A DNA stretch of 64,000 nt, taken from assembly GCF_913776045.1 (NCBI RefSeq), contig NZ_CAJYOI010000006.1. The stretch is one strand, 5' to 3'. The position numbers and the translations under genes were made by a program. Under the pieces are notes generated by a model that did no database searches, was not told the origin of the DNA, and was given only the letters and a program-made list of their open reading frames with translations. Source of the stretch: an uncultured Sphingomonas sp. (GTDB lineage: Bacteria > Pseudomonadota > Alphaproteobacteria > Sphingomonadales > Sphingomonadaceae). This document shows, one piece after another, positions 40,257 through 49,804 of this stretch. Each line of letters begins with the position of its first letter. Within the stretch, counting starts at the first letter, position 1.

Positions 40257-40359
40257 TGCTACGATAAATGCTACGGGAAAATGGCCCATCGTCAGGCCGA
40301 AAGTCTCGGCAAATCGTCCGTTCCGCAGCCCCATCTGCTATGGGAAGCTGCTACGGGAT
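40257..40359 (+). repeat. Two tandem pairs of TGCTAYG(GGA) direct repeats
   Basis: TGCTACG 40257, TGCTACGGGAA 40269, TGCTATGGGAA 40336, TGCTACGGGAT 40349. Confidence 0.6.
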
Positions 40360-40782
40360 TTGGCCAAGGGCTTGGCTCGACGGGGGCGCAAACTCCACTA
40401 TCGCCATACCATTCCGGTTGACGCTCAACGGCTTCTGAATCGGCTCGAAATCTGGCGCTCGCTCCGGACGGGCAGCCTTGCCATCGCCCTGCGCCGATTG
40501 CCGACGATCATCGCAAGGATTGAGATGGAGATCGAGCACGCTCGCGAGGTGGCGGGCTTGCCGGTCGATACGACGCTGATTCAATCGTTAAAAGACGATC
40601 TTGCCGAGCATGCGATCCCTCTCGTGGTCCAGCACAATCCGCATCGCTCGGGCGCGTACCTCAGGCGAGAACTTGCTCGTCGTGGCCCTTCTTCTCAGGA
40701 GTTAGGGCCTCCGACAAATCCGGGGCGGTTCAGACCGCGTTTTGCCGGGCTATTACCGAATTTCTGCTCGACCAGCCGTTAA
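40360..40782 (+). pseudogene. Truncated tyrosine integrase (DUF6538-like N-terminal domain only)
   Basis: LARRGRKLHYRHTIPVD...EIWRSLRT matches the N-terminal domain of tRNA-targeting integrases; no RHRY catalytic domain; lower GC. Confidence 0.65.
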
Positions 40783-40796
40783 GATATTGAGAAAGC

Positions 40797-40873
<77 letters not shown>

Positions 40874-41052
40874 CGGTGCGTGGAGGCTTGCCTAGCAGTG
40901 GTAACGCCGCCGCGCCAGCCCCCATGTCGCGGCGAGCATAGCGAATTGACCCGGCGGCACAGTCAGATCGGCGCGAGGCCTCTTGAAATTTTATTACAAG
41001 GCTCGCAAAGCTTCTGTCGGGCGTTGTCGAAAACGCCGCCCGAGGAGAGACC

Positions 41053-42339
41053 ATGTCCGACGCGTCCCGTCGATCGAATCTGCCGCCGCTCGCGCTGCAT
41101 GTGCCCGAGCCCAAATTCCGTCCCGGCGACACGGTGGATTTCACCGAAGTCACCGTTCCGCCGGTCGAGGCGTCGCGCCGGCCGGATACGGCGGATGCGG
41201 CGAACGGCTTCCACGATCTCGCCTTCGGCCTGGTCCGCGTGCTCAACATGGACGGCACCGCCGGCGGCCAGTGGGATCCGCGCATCTCGCCCGACCTGAA
41301 ACGCCAGATGCTGCGCAACATGGCGCTGACCCGCGCGTTCGACGAACGCATGTTCCGTGCGCAGCGCCAGGGCAAGACGAGCTTCTACATGAAGTCGCTG
41401 GGCGAGGAGGCGGTGTCGGTGGGTGCCGCCGCGGCACTCGCGTCAGACGACATGGTGTTTCCGTCGTACCGCCAGCAGGGCATCCTCATCTCGCGTGGCT
41501 GCCCGCTGGTCGACATGATGAACCAGATCTATTCGAACCGCGGCGACAAGCTGCAGGGCAAGCAGCTGCCGATCATGTATTCGGAGAAGGGCTACAGCTT
41601 CTTCTCGATCTCCGGCAATCTGACGACGCAGTACCCGCAGGCGGTTGGCTGGGCGATGGCGAGCGCGGCGAAGGGCGACACGCGGATCGCGGCGACCTGG
41701 TGCGGCGAAGGATCGACTGCCGAAGGTGATTTCCACTCCGCCTGCACCTTCGCCAGCGTGTACCGCGCGCCGGTCATCTTTAACGTCGTCAACAACCAGT
41801 GGGCGATTTCGAGCTTTTCAGGGTTCGCCGGCGCCGAAGCGACGACATTCGCGGCGCGCGCGATCGGTTATGGCATCGCCGGTATAAGGGTGGACGGCAA
41901 CGACGTGCTGGCGGTCTATGCCGCGACGCTGTGGGCGGCCGAGCGCGCGCGGACCAACGCGGGGCCGACGTTGATCGAGCATTTCACCTACCGCGCCGAA
42001 GGGCATTCGACCTCGGACGATCCGGGCCAGTACCGCTCGGAGGGTGAACCCAATGCTTGGCCGCTGGGTGATCCGATCAAGCGGCTGAAGGCGCATCTGA
42101 TCGCGTGTCGCGAATGGGACGAAGACCGCCACGAGGCGATGGACCGCGAAGTCGCCGACCAGGTGAAGACCGCGCAGAAGGAGGCCGAGAAGAACGGCAT
42201 CCTCGGCCACGGCCTGCATCAGCCGCTCGATTCGCTGTTCGACGGCGTGTTCGAGGAGATGCCCTGGCACCTGCGCGAGCAGCAGGCGCAGATGATTGCC
42301 GAGGAAGAAGCCTCGGGCCGTCCGTGGGCGAGGAAATGA
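41053..42339 (+). CDS. bkdA1: Branched-chain 2-oxo acid dehydrogenase E1 alpha
   Basis: [24 protein letters not shown] (TPP), [12 protein letters not shown]. Confidence 0.95.
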   Translation: MSDASRRSNLPPLALHVPEPKFRPGDTVDFTEVTVPPVEASRRPDTADAANGFHDLAFGLVRVLNMDGTAGGQWDPRISPDLKRQMLRNMALTRAFDERMFRAQRQGKTSFYMKSLGEEAVSVGAAAALASDDMVFPSYRQQGILISRGCPLVDMMNQIYSNRGDKLQGKQLPIMYSEKGYSFFSISGNLTTQYPQAVGWAMASAAKGDTRIAATWCGEGSTAEGDFHSACTFASVYRAPVIFNVVNNQWAISSFSGFAGAEATTFAARAIGYGIAGIRVDGNDVLAVYAATLWAAERARTNAGPTLIEHFTYRAEGHSTSDDPGQYRSEGEPNAWPLGDPIKRLKAHLIACREWDEDRHEAMDREVADQVKTAQKEAEKNGILGHGLHQPLDSLFDGVFEEMPWHLREQQAQMIAEEEASGRPWARK

Positions 42340-43406
42340 CGATGGCCGACACCGAAACCATGACCGCCGACGTCACCGGCGAAGGCGGCGCCACGACCCG
42401 CATGAACATGATCCAGGCGATCAACAGCGCCATGGACGTGATGATGGACCGCGACGACGACATCGTCGTGATGGGCGAGGACGTCGGCTATTTCGGCGGC
42501 GTGTTCCGCGCGACCGCGGGGCTGCAGGCGAAATATGGCAAGACGCGCGTGTTCGACACGCCGATCACCGAGATTGGGATTATCGGCGTGTCGATCGGCA
42601 TGGGCGCCTATGGCCTGCGCCCCGTGCCCGAAATCCAGTTCGCCGATTACATCTACCCCGCGCTCGACCAGCTGGTCAGCGAGGCCGCGCGCCTGCGCTA
42701 TCGCTCGGCCGGCGAATTCACCGCGCCGATCACCGTGCGCAGCCCGTACGGCGGCGGCATCTTCGGCGGGCAGACGCACTCGCAGTCGCCCGAGGGCATC
42801 TTCACCCATGTCTCGGGCATCAAGACGGTCATCCCGTCGACGCCGTACGACGCGAAGGGGCTGCTGATCGCCGCGATCGAGGACAACGATCCCGTCCTGT
42901 TCCTCGAACCCAAGCGCATCTACAACGGCCCGTTCAACGGCCATTGGGATCGCCCGGCGTCGAACTGGTCGACGCATCCTGCGGGCGAGGTTCCGACCGG
43001 CTATTACCGCGTCGATCTGGGCAAGGCGAACGTCGTGCGCCCCGGCAACGACCTGACCATCCTCGCCTATGGCACCATGGTCCATGTCGTGATGGCGAGC
43101 GTCGAGGAAGCCGGCGTCGATGCCGAGGTGATCGACCTGCGCACGCTGGTACCGCTCGACATCGAGACGATCGAGGCGTCGGTGAAGAAGACCGGCCGTT
43201 GCATGATCGTCCACGAAGCGACCCGCACCGGCGGCTTCGGCGCGGAACTGTCCGCGCTGGTGCAGGAACGCTGCTTCCACCACCTGGAAGCGCCGATCGA
43301 GCGCGTCACCGGCTTCGACACGCCATACCCGCACAGCCTGGAATGGGCATATTTCCCCGGGCCCGTCCGCATCGGACAGGCGCTCGCCAAGATCATGAAG
43401 GACTAA
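42336..43406 (+). CDS. bkdA2: Branched-chain 2-oxo acid dehydrogenase E1 beta
   Basis: MGEDVGYFGGVFRAT, FDTPITE, HSQSPE, WAYFPGP. Confidence 0.95.
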   Translation: MTMADTETMTADVTGEGGATTRMNMIQAINSAMDVMMDRDDDIVVMGEDVGYFGGVFRATAGLQAKYGKTRVFDTPITEIGIIGVSIGMGAYGLRPVPEIQFADYIYPALDQLVSEAARLRYRSAGEFTAPITVRSPYGGGIFGGQTHSQSPEGIFTHVSGIKTVIPSTPYDAKGLLIAAIEDNDPVLFLEPKRIYNGPFNGHWDRPASNWSTHPAGEVPTGYYRVDLGKANVVRPGNDLTILAYGTMVHVVMASVEEAGVDAEVIDLRTLVPLDIETIEASVKKTGRCMIVHEATRTGGFGAELSALVQERCFHHLEAPIERVTGFDTPYPHSLEWAYFPGPVRIGQALAKIMKD

Positions 43407-43410
43407 AGCG

Positions 43411-44751
43411 ATGGCCCGCTTCGAATTCCGCCTGCCCGACATCGGCGAAGGCATCGCCGAGGCTGAGATCGTCGCCTGGCACGTCGCAGTCGGCGACCGT
43501 GTCGAGGAGGACCAGGGCCTCGCCGACATGATGACCGACAAGGCGACCGTCGAGATGGAATCGCCGGTGTCGGGCACCGTCATCGCGCTGGCGGGCGAAG
43601 TCGGCGATCAGGTGCCGATCGGGTCGACGTTGGTGGTGATCGAGACGGAAGGCGAGGCTTCGGCCGAGCCTGAAGCAGCACCGGTGTCGGTCAAGGTTGA
43701 AGAGCAGATCGAGGCCGAGAATCCGGGTGTCGAAGAGGTGTTGGAAACACCGGCTCCGCAGCCCGTCGGTGCCCCGGCGAAGGCCGGGGCCCAGTCGCGG
43801 GACGCTGATGACGGCGCGGCGTCCTCTCCGACAGGGGACAGTGGTACTGGACCTCGGCCTTCGCAGGGGAACGGGAGTGGCGCCCACCATGCTCCGGTCC
43901 TTGCCTCGCCGGCCGTCCGCGCGCGCGCCAAGGATCTCGGCGTCGACCTGTCTCAGGTCCAGCACGACGGCCAGCACATCCGCCACGCCGATCTCGACGC
44001 CTATCTGCGCTACTCCGGCGGCCAGGGCTATCACGCCCCCCACGCCTCCCGTGCGCGCGACGACGTGCCGGTGAAGGTCATCGGCATGCGCCGCCGCATC
44101 GCCGAGAACATGGCGGCGTCGAAGCGTCAGATCCCGCACTTCACCTATGTCGACGAAATCGACGTGACGGCGCTTGAAGACATGCGCGCGGACCTGAATG
44201 CCAACCGCGGCAACCGCCCGAAGCTGACGATGCTGCCGTTCCTGATCGTCGCGATCTGCCGCACGCTGCCCGACTTTCCGATGCTCAATGCGCGCTACGA
44301 CGACGAAGCGGGCGTCGTGACGCGCCACGGCCGCGTGCATCTGGGCATGGCGACGCAGACGGATGCGGGGCTGATGGTCCCGGTCATCCGCGATGCGCAG
44401 GACAAGAACGTCTGGCAGTTGGCGAGCGAGATCGGTCGCCTGGCCGAGGCCGCGCGTACCGGCAAGGCGAAGTCGGAGGAACTGTCGGGCTCCACGCTGA
44501 CCGTCACTTCGCTCGGGCCCCTGGGCGGTATCGCGACCACCCCGGTCATCAACCGCCCCGAAGTCGCGATCATCGGCCCGAACAAGATCGTCGAACGCCC
44601 GGTCTTCCGCGGCGACGACATCGTGCGCGCGAAGCTGATGAACCTGTCGATCAGCTGCGACCACCGCGTCGTCGACGGCTGGGACGCGGCAAGCTACGTT
44701 CAGGCCGTGCGCAAGCTGCTCGAGACGCCGGTCCTGCTGTTCGCCGACTAA
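43411..44751 (+). CDS. bkdB: BCKDH E2 dihydrolipoamide acyltransferase
   Basis: Lipoyl MTDKATVE, E3-binding ASPAVRARA, catalytic SCDHRVVDG. Confidence 0.95.
   Translation: MARFEFRLPDIGEGIAEAEIVAWHVAVGDRVEEDQGLADMMTDKATVEMESPVSGTVIALAGEVGDQVPIGSTLVVIETEGEASAEPEAAPVSVKVEEQIEAENPGVEEVLETPAPQPVGAPAKAGAQSRDADDGAASSPTGDSGTGPRPSQGNGSGAHHAPVLASPAVRARAKDLGVDLSQVQHDGQHIRHADLDAYLRYSGGQGYHAPHASRARDDVPVKVIGMRRRIAENMAASKRQIPHFTYVDEIDVTALEDMRADLNANRGNRPKLTMLPFLIVAICRTLPDFPMLNARYDDEAGVVTRHGRVHLGMATQTDAGLMVPVIRDAQDKNVWQLASEIGRLAEAARTGKAKSEELSGSTLTVTSLGPLGGIATTPVINRPEVAIIGPNKIVERPVFRGDDIVRAKLMNLSISCDHRVVDGWDAASYVQAVRKLLETPVLLFAD
43769..43872. repeat. REP-like inverted repeat element inserted in frame in bkdB
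   Basis: GTGCCCCGGCGAAGGCCGGGGCCCAGT ... ACTGGACCTCGGCCTTCGCAGGGGAAC (about 23/27 complementary), 50-nt spacer. Confidence 0.75.
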
Positions 44752-44820
44752 GCCTCTCAGATCGCTTCCCTCGTCGCCCGCGCCGTGCCACGGTTCGGGC
44801 GACGATATGGGAGAGTGACG

Positions 44821-46623
44821 ATGGGCAAGGCGGTTTCGTGGGTATTGGTGTCGGCCGTGCCGGTGTTGTCGGCCGCAGCGCCCGTGCAGACGGCGACGCA
44901 GACCCAGGACGCGGCGCTGCTCGCCTTCCTCGACCGCGCCTATGACGAACAGGTCGCGCTCAGCCCGGAAACCCAGACGGACCTGGGGCTGAAGACCAAC
45001 TACGACCGGCTCGACGACTATACCGATGCCGCCGCGGTTCGCGCCCGCGCGCTGGTCGCAGCACAGACCAAGGCGATGCAGGCGCGCTTCAAGCCCGATC
45101 GGCTGAGCGAGAATGCGCGAATCAGCTATCGCCTGTTCGAATATGAGAATGCCCGGGCCGCCGACAGCTTCCGCTTCCGCAAGCTACGCTTTCCGGTATC
45201 GACCAACGGCAGCCCGGCGGGCGCCATCCCCGTCCTGCTGATCAACAACCACAAGGTCGACACCGTCGCCGACGCGCAGGCGTATATCGCCCGCCTGCGC
45301 GACACCAACCGGGTAATGCGTGAAGTCGCTGCGACGATGCGCGCGCAGGCCGCCGCCGGCATAGTGCCGAACAAGGTCAATTTCGCGCCCGCGCGCAACG
45401 ATGCGAAGAAGGTGCTGGTCGGCGCGCCGTTCGACGGCGGGCCCGATTCGACGCTGATGGCCGATTTCCGCAAGAAGGTGACCGCGCTGAATGCGCCCGC
45501 CGCGACAAAGGCGCGATTGCTGGCGGACGCTCGCGCCGCGCTGACCGGGCCGTTCAAGCAGGGCTATGACACGCTGATCGCTGCGATCGATGCGGTCGAG
45601 CCGCTGTCGAAGGGCAATTTCGGCGTCTGGGCGCTGCCCGACGGCGCGGCCTATTACGCCGATCGGCTGAAGCAGTCGACGACGACCAGCCTGACTGCCG
45701 ACCAGATCCACGATCTGGGCCTGCGCCAGGTTGCGGCGATCCGGCAGGAGATGGAGGCGATCAAGCGCGAGGTCGGCTTTACCGGCACGCTCGAACAGTT
45801 CTTCGACAAGATCCGCACCGACCCGACGCTGAAATACCCGAATACCGAAGCGGGCCGCGAACAGTATCTGGCCGACGCGCGCGGGGTGATCGGGGCGGTG
45901 ATGGCCAAGGCCCCGCAATATTTCCGCGTCCTGCCCAAGGCGAAGCTCGAAGTGCGCGCGGTCGAGAAGTGGCGCGAGGCGACCGCGTCGACCGCCTTCT
46001 ACAACTCGCCCTCGGCGGATGGATCGCGGCCCGGCATCTACTATGTCAATCTGGTCGATATGAACCAGACGCAGAAGGTGCAGGTTGCCGGCATCGCCGC
46101 ACACGAAGGCGCGCCGGGGCACCACTTCCAGATCGCGCGCCAGCAGGAGCTGACCGGCATCCCGAAGTTCCGCCGCTTCGGCGGCTATGGCGCCTATGCC
46201 GAGGGCTGGGGGTTGTATTCGGAACGGCTGGCGGACGAGATGGGCATCTACAAGACGCCCTACGACCGGTTCGGCATGCTATCGCTCCAGGTCTGGCGCG
46301 CGATTCGCTTGGTGCTCGACACCGGCATCCATTCCAAGCGCTGGACCCGCGATCAGTCGATCGCCTATTTCAAGGCGAACAGCTCGGTGTCCGACACCGA
46401 CATCGCGCGTGAGGTCGACCGCTATTTCAACTGGCCGGGGCAGGCGACCAGCTACATGGTCGGCCAGCTGAAGATCGCCGACCTGCGGGCGAAGGCCGAG
46501 CGCGCGCTGGGGCCGAAGTTCGACATCCGCGATTTCCACGAAACCGTGCTGCGCCAGGGATCGCTGCCGCTGGACGTGCTGGAGGAGCAGGTGAACCGCT
46601 ATATCGCAGAGAAACGGCGCTGA
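44821..46623 (+). CDS. DUF885 family exported protein (putative metallopeptidase-like)
   Basis: Signal peptide, AAHEGAPGHHFQ, AYAEGWGLYSERL, PGQATSYMVG. Confidence 0.9.
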   Translation: MGKAVSWVLVSAVPVLSAAAPVQTATQTQDAALLAFLDRAYDEQVALSPETQTDLGLKTNYDRLDDYTDAAAVRARALVAAQTKAMQARFKPDRLSENARISYRLFEYENARAADSFRFRKLRFPVSTNGSPAGAIPVLLINNHKVDTVADAQAYIARLRDTNRVMREVAATMRAQAAAGIVPNKVNFAPARNDAKKVLVGAPFDGGPDSTLMADFRKKVTALNAPAATKARLLADARAALTGPFKQGYDTLIAAIDAVEPLSKGNFGVWALPDGAAYYADRLKQSTTTSLTADQIHDLGLRQVAAIRQEMEAIKREVGFTGTLEQFFDKIRTDPTLKYPNTEAGREQYLADARGVIGAVMAKAPQYFRVLPKAKLEVRAVEKWREATASTAFYNSPSADGSRPGIYYVNLVDMNQTQKVQVAGIAAHEGAPGHHFQIARQQELTGIPKFRRFGGYGAYAEGWGLYSERLADEMGIYKTPYDRFGMLSLQVWRAIRLVLDTGIHSKRWTRDQSIAYFKANSSVSDTDIAREVDRYFNWPGQATSYMVGQLKIADLRAKAERALGPKFDIRDFHETVLRQGSLPLDVLEEQVNRYIAEKRR

Positions 46624-46648
46624 GGCGCGCCTGCCGGTTTTCTATGTC

Positions 46649-46735
46649 TGGTGCGGTCGAGAAGACTCGAACTTCCACGGGCTTTCGCCCACAACGACCT
46701 CAACGTTGCGCGTCTACCAATTCCGCCACGACCGC
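46649..46735 (-). tRNA. tRNA-Leu (anticodon GAG)
   Basis: 87 nt, CAACG-TTGAGGT-CGTTG anticodon arm, long variable arm, CCA. Confidence 0.97.
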
Positions 46736-46875
46736 ACGTGAACCCCAACCGGACGAGCCGGAAGGTTGGCAAGGAGGGCGCCTCTAGCAAGGTCGCCGGG
46801 GCGTGGCAATGGCGATTTGGCGTTGGTTCGCGACCGGGTAATGATTTCGCTTTAGGGCTGGTCAAACCTCCACCC

Positions 46876-46894
46876 TATTGATAATCACTCGCAT
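46876..46894 (+). promoter_or_regulatory. Candidate Fur-family box
   Basis: TATTGATAATCACTCGCAT, 3 nt before feoA ATG. Confidence 0.65.
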
Positions 46895-46897
46895 CAG

Positions 46898-47161
46898 ATG
46901 ACTGCTCATTCCGCCATTCCTCTGCCGATCGACCTTGCCGCCCTGCCGCGCCATGCGCTGGCGACGGTGGCTGCGATCGATTGGGCGCAGCTGAGCGATG
47001 GGGAAGCGCGGCGCCTGCGCGAGTTCGGGCTGGATGAAGGCGTCGAGATCGAGCTGCTGCACGGCGCGACGCTGGGCGGCGGGCCGCTCGCCTGCCGGAT
47101 CGGGCGAATGACCATCACCTTCCGCAGCCATATCGCCCGGGCGATTCGCGTCACCTACTGA
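46898..47161 (+). CDS. feoA: Ferrous iron transport protein A
   Basis: RRLREFGLDEGVEIE..GGPLACRIGRMTITFR. Confidence 0.9.
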   Translation: MTAHSAIPLPIDLAALPRHALATVAAIDWAQLSDGEARRLREFGLDEGVEIELLHGATLGGGPLACRIGRMTITFRSHIARAIRVTY

Positions 47162-49017
47162 TGAGCGATCTTCCGCTGGTCGCGCTGGTCGGCAACCCCA
47201 ACGCCGGCAAATCCGCGCTGTTCAACGCGCTGACCGGCGCGCGGCAGAAGGTCGGCAATTATCCCGGCGTCACGGTCGAACGTCACACCGGTCGCCTGTC
47301 GCTGAACGACGGCCGCCCGGTCGAACTGGTCGACCTGCCCGGCACCTACAGCCTCGACCCCTCCAGCCCCGACGAGGAAGTGACGCGCGACGTCGTCTAC
47401 GGCCGCCAGGCGGGCGAGCGGCGGCCCGACGCGATCGTCGTCGTGGCGGACGCGACCAATCTCGATAACCACCTGCGCTTCGTCCTGCAGCTGAAGCAGC
47501 TCGGGCTGCCGATGGTGCTGGCGCTCAACATGGTCGACATGGCGGCGCGCGACGGCCTCACGATCGATGCCGCCGCACTGGCCGGCGAACTCGGCCTGCC
47601 GGTCGTCGAGACGGTGGCGGTGCGCAAGCGCGGACTCGATCCGCTGCGCGATGCATTGGGTGAGGCACTGCGCACGCGGGCAGTGCCGCAGGTTGCGGTC
47701 GATTCGATCGATGCCGACATCCGCCATTTCCAGCGCGAGGCGCGCCGCATCGCGCGCGGGGCGAGTACGGAAACGTCGCGGTCGCGCGGCGTCACCCGCT
47801 CGCTCGACCGGTTCGCACTGCATCCGGTGCTCGGCCCCGTCATCCTGCTCGCGCTGCTGTTCGTCATGTTCCAAGCTGTGTTCAGCTGGTCCGAAGCGCC
47901 GATCGCCTGGATCGAGGGCGCGCAAGCATGGCTTGGCGACACCGCCACCGCGTTGCTGCCGGCAGGGTTCTTCCGTGACTTGCTGGTCCAGGGCATCATC
48001 GGCGGTGTCGGGTCGGTCGTCGTCTTCCTGCCCCAGATCGTCATCCTGTTCCTGTTCATCTTGATGCTGGAGGCTTCGGGCTACATGGTCCGGGCCGCCA
48101 TGCTGATGGACCGGCTGATGGCCGGCGTCGGGCTGTCGGGGCGTGCGTTCATTCCGCTGCTGTCGAGCTTCGCCTGCGCGATCCCCGGTATCATGGCGAC
48201 GCGGTCGATCAGCGACCCGCGCGAGCGGCTGACGACGATCCTGGTCGCGCCGCTGATGACCTGTTCGGCGCGGCTGCCGGTCTATGCGGTGATCATCGGC
48301 GCCTTCATTCCGGCGCGGCAGGTTCTGCCGGGCGTCGGCCTGCAGGGTCTGGTGCTGCTGGCGCTGTACCTTGCCGGCATCGTCAGCGCGATGCTGGCCG
48401 CAGTGCTGATCCGCCGCACTGCGACCAGGGGCGTCGGCGGAGGCTTCCTGCTGGAAATGCCGCGCTATCAATGGCCGAACCTGCGCGACGTCGCGATTGG
48501 TCTCGCCCAGCGCGCATGGGTCTTTCTGCGCCGGGCCGGCACGATGATCATGGGCGTGACGATCGCGCTATGGCTGCTCGCGAGCTACCCGGTCGCGCCT
48601 GAGGGCGTGAAGCAGAGCGAATATTCGGTCGCCGGCCGCATCGCGAGCGTGCTGGAGGTCGGCTTGAGGCCCATCGGCTTCAACCACGAGATGAGCCTGG
48701 CCGTCATCCCGGCGATGGCCGCGCGCGAAGTCGCGGTGTCGGCGCTGCAGACCGTCTATGCGATCGACGCGGCGGACGAGGATCAGGGCGCGCAGGAACT
48801 GGGCACGCGGCTCGCGGGCCGCTGGAGTCTGGCGACCGCGCTCGCCTTCCTCGCCTGGTTCGTCTTCGCGCCGCAATGCCTGTCGACGATCGCGGTGGTC
48901 CGGCGCGAAACCAACGGCTGGAAATGGCCGGCGTTCATGATCGCCTATCTGTTCGCGCTCGCCTATGTCGCCGCGGGCGCGACCTACTGGATCGCCGTCT
49001 GGGCGGGGCTGGGCTAA
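47161..49017 (+). CDS. feoB: Ferrous iron transport protein B
   Basis: GNPNAGKS, NYPGVT, DLPG, NMVD, PLMTCSARLP. Confidence 0.96.
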   Translation: MSDLPLVALVGNPNAGKSALFNALTGARQKVGNYPGVTVERHTGRLSLNDGRPVELVDLPGTYSLDPSSPDEEVTRDVVYGRQAGERRPDAIVVVADATNLDNHLRFVLQLKQLGLPMVLALNMVDMAARDGLTIDAAALAGELGLPVVETVAVRKRGLDPLRDALGEALRTRAVPQVAVDSIDADIRHFQREARRIARGASTETSRSRGVTRSLDRFALHPVLGPVILLALLFVMFQAVFSWSEAPIAWIEGAQAWLGDTATALLPAGFFRDLLVQGIIGGVGSVVVFLPQIVILFLFILMLEASGYMVRAAMLMDRLMAGVGLSGRAFIPLLSSFACAIPGIMATRSISDPRERLTTILVAPLMTCSARLPVYAVIIGAFIPARQVLPGVGLQGLVLLALYLAGIVSAMLAAVLIRRTATRGVGGGFLLEMPRYQWPNLRDVAIGLAQRAWVFLRRAGTMIMGVTIALWLLASYPVAPEGVKQSEYSVAGRIASVLEVGLRPIGFNHEMSLAVIPAMAAREVAVSALQTVYAIDAADEDQGAQELGTRLAGRWSLATALAFLAWFVFAPQCLSTIAVVRRETNGWKWPAFMIAYLFALAYVAAGATYWIAVWAGLG

Positions 49018-49193
49018 TCGTCCTCGCGTTTCGCCCCGTCGAGCAGGTCGGCGCGGCGTTTCGCCTCCAGTGCTTCGGCGTCCTTCTGTGCCTTCGTCCG
49101 CCCGAACTTGACGCGGTTGGCGTCGGCTTCGGCTGACTTGGTGGCCTTGGCTTTCGCCTTGCGGGCGCGATTCAGGGATATGATTTCGGCCAT
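49014..49193 (-). CDS. DUF4169 family small protein (below ORF-track cutoff)
   Basis: 59 aa [16 protein letters not shown]...[15 protein letters not shown], manually translated. Confidence 0.8.
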   Translation of the reverse strand: MAEIISLNRARKAKAKATKSAEADANRVKFGRTKAQKDAEALEAKRRADLLDGAKREDD

Positions 49194-49237
49194 CTCGCGC
49201 CTATCTTACTCGTCGATTTCGAACATTTGGAGCGGAC

Positions 49238-49801
49238 ATGGCGGGCAGCGTCAACAAGGTGATTCTGGTGGGCAATCTGGGGCGCGACCCGGAAAGCCGC
49301 AGCTTCCAGAACGGCGGCAAAGTGGTCGAACTGCGCATCGCCACCTCGGAAAGCTGGAAGGACCGCAACTCGGGCGAGCGCAAGGAAAAGACCGAGTGGC
49401 ACACGGTGAAGGTCTTCAACGAAGGTCTGGCCAACGTCGCCGAACGCTATCTGCGCAAGGGCAGCAAGGTCTATATCGAAGGCGCGCTGACGACCCGCAA
49501 GTGGCAGGACCAGCAGGGCAACGACCGCTATTCGACCGAAATCACGCTGCAGGGCTTCAATTCGGTCCTGACGATGCTCGACGGCGCGCCCGGCCAAGGC
49601 GGCGGCGGTGGCGGCTACGGCGGCGGCCAGCGCGATTCGGGTGGCGGCAGCGATTGGGGCAGCGGCGACGACTTCGCCGGCAATTCGTCGCGCGGCGGCG
49701 GTAATTTCAACTCGGGCGCACAGAAGAGCTCGGGCGCTGGCCGTGGTAACGACTTCGGTGGCGGCTATGGCGACGATCTGGATGATGACGTTCCGTTCTG
49801 A
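49238..49801 (+). CDS. ssb: Single-stranded DNA-binding protein
   Basis: [25 protein letters not shown], Gly-rich linker, DDDVPF tail. Confidence 0.98.
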   Translation: MAGSVNKVILVGNLGRDPESRSFQNGGKVVELRIATSESWKDRNSGERKEKTEWHTVKVFNEGLANVAERYLRKGSKVYIEGALTTRKWQDQQGNDRYSTEITLQGFNSVLTMLDGAPGQGGGGGGYGGGQRDSGGGSDWGSGDDFAGNSSRGGGNFNSGAQKSSGAGRGNDFGGGYGDDLDDDVPF

Positions 49802-49804
49802 GAA

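Noticed and set aside
40114-40359. ORF-track start of the 222-aa ORF
   Set aside because: Begins inside tRNA-Leu; only the part from about 40360 resembles a protein domain
40195-40796. attL/attR duplication of a tRNA 3' end
   Set aside because: No repeat of either tRNA 3' end found by eye, so an intact island is not claimed
41053-44751. bkd operon lacks an E3 (lpd) gene
   Set aside because: E3 is commonly shared and encoded elsewhere; cannot be judged from one window
49590-49780. GGC-rich low-complexity tract in ssb
   Set aside because: Normal Gly-rich disordered linker of SSB
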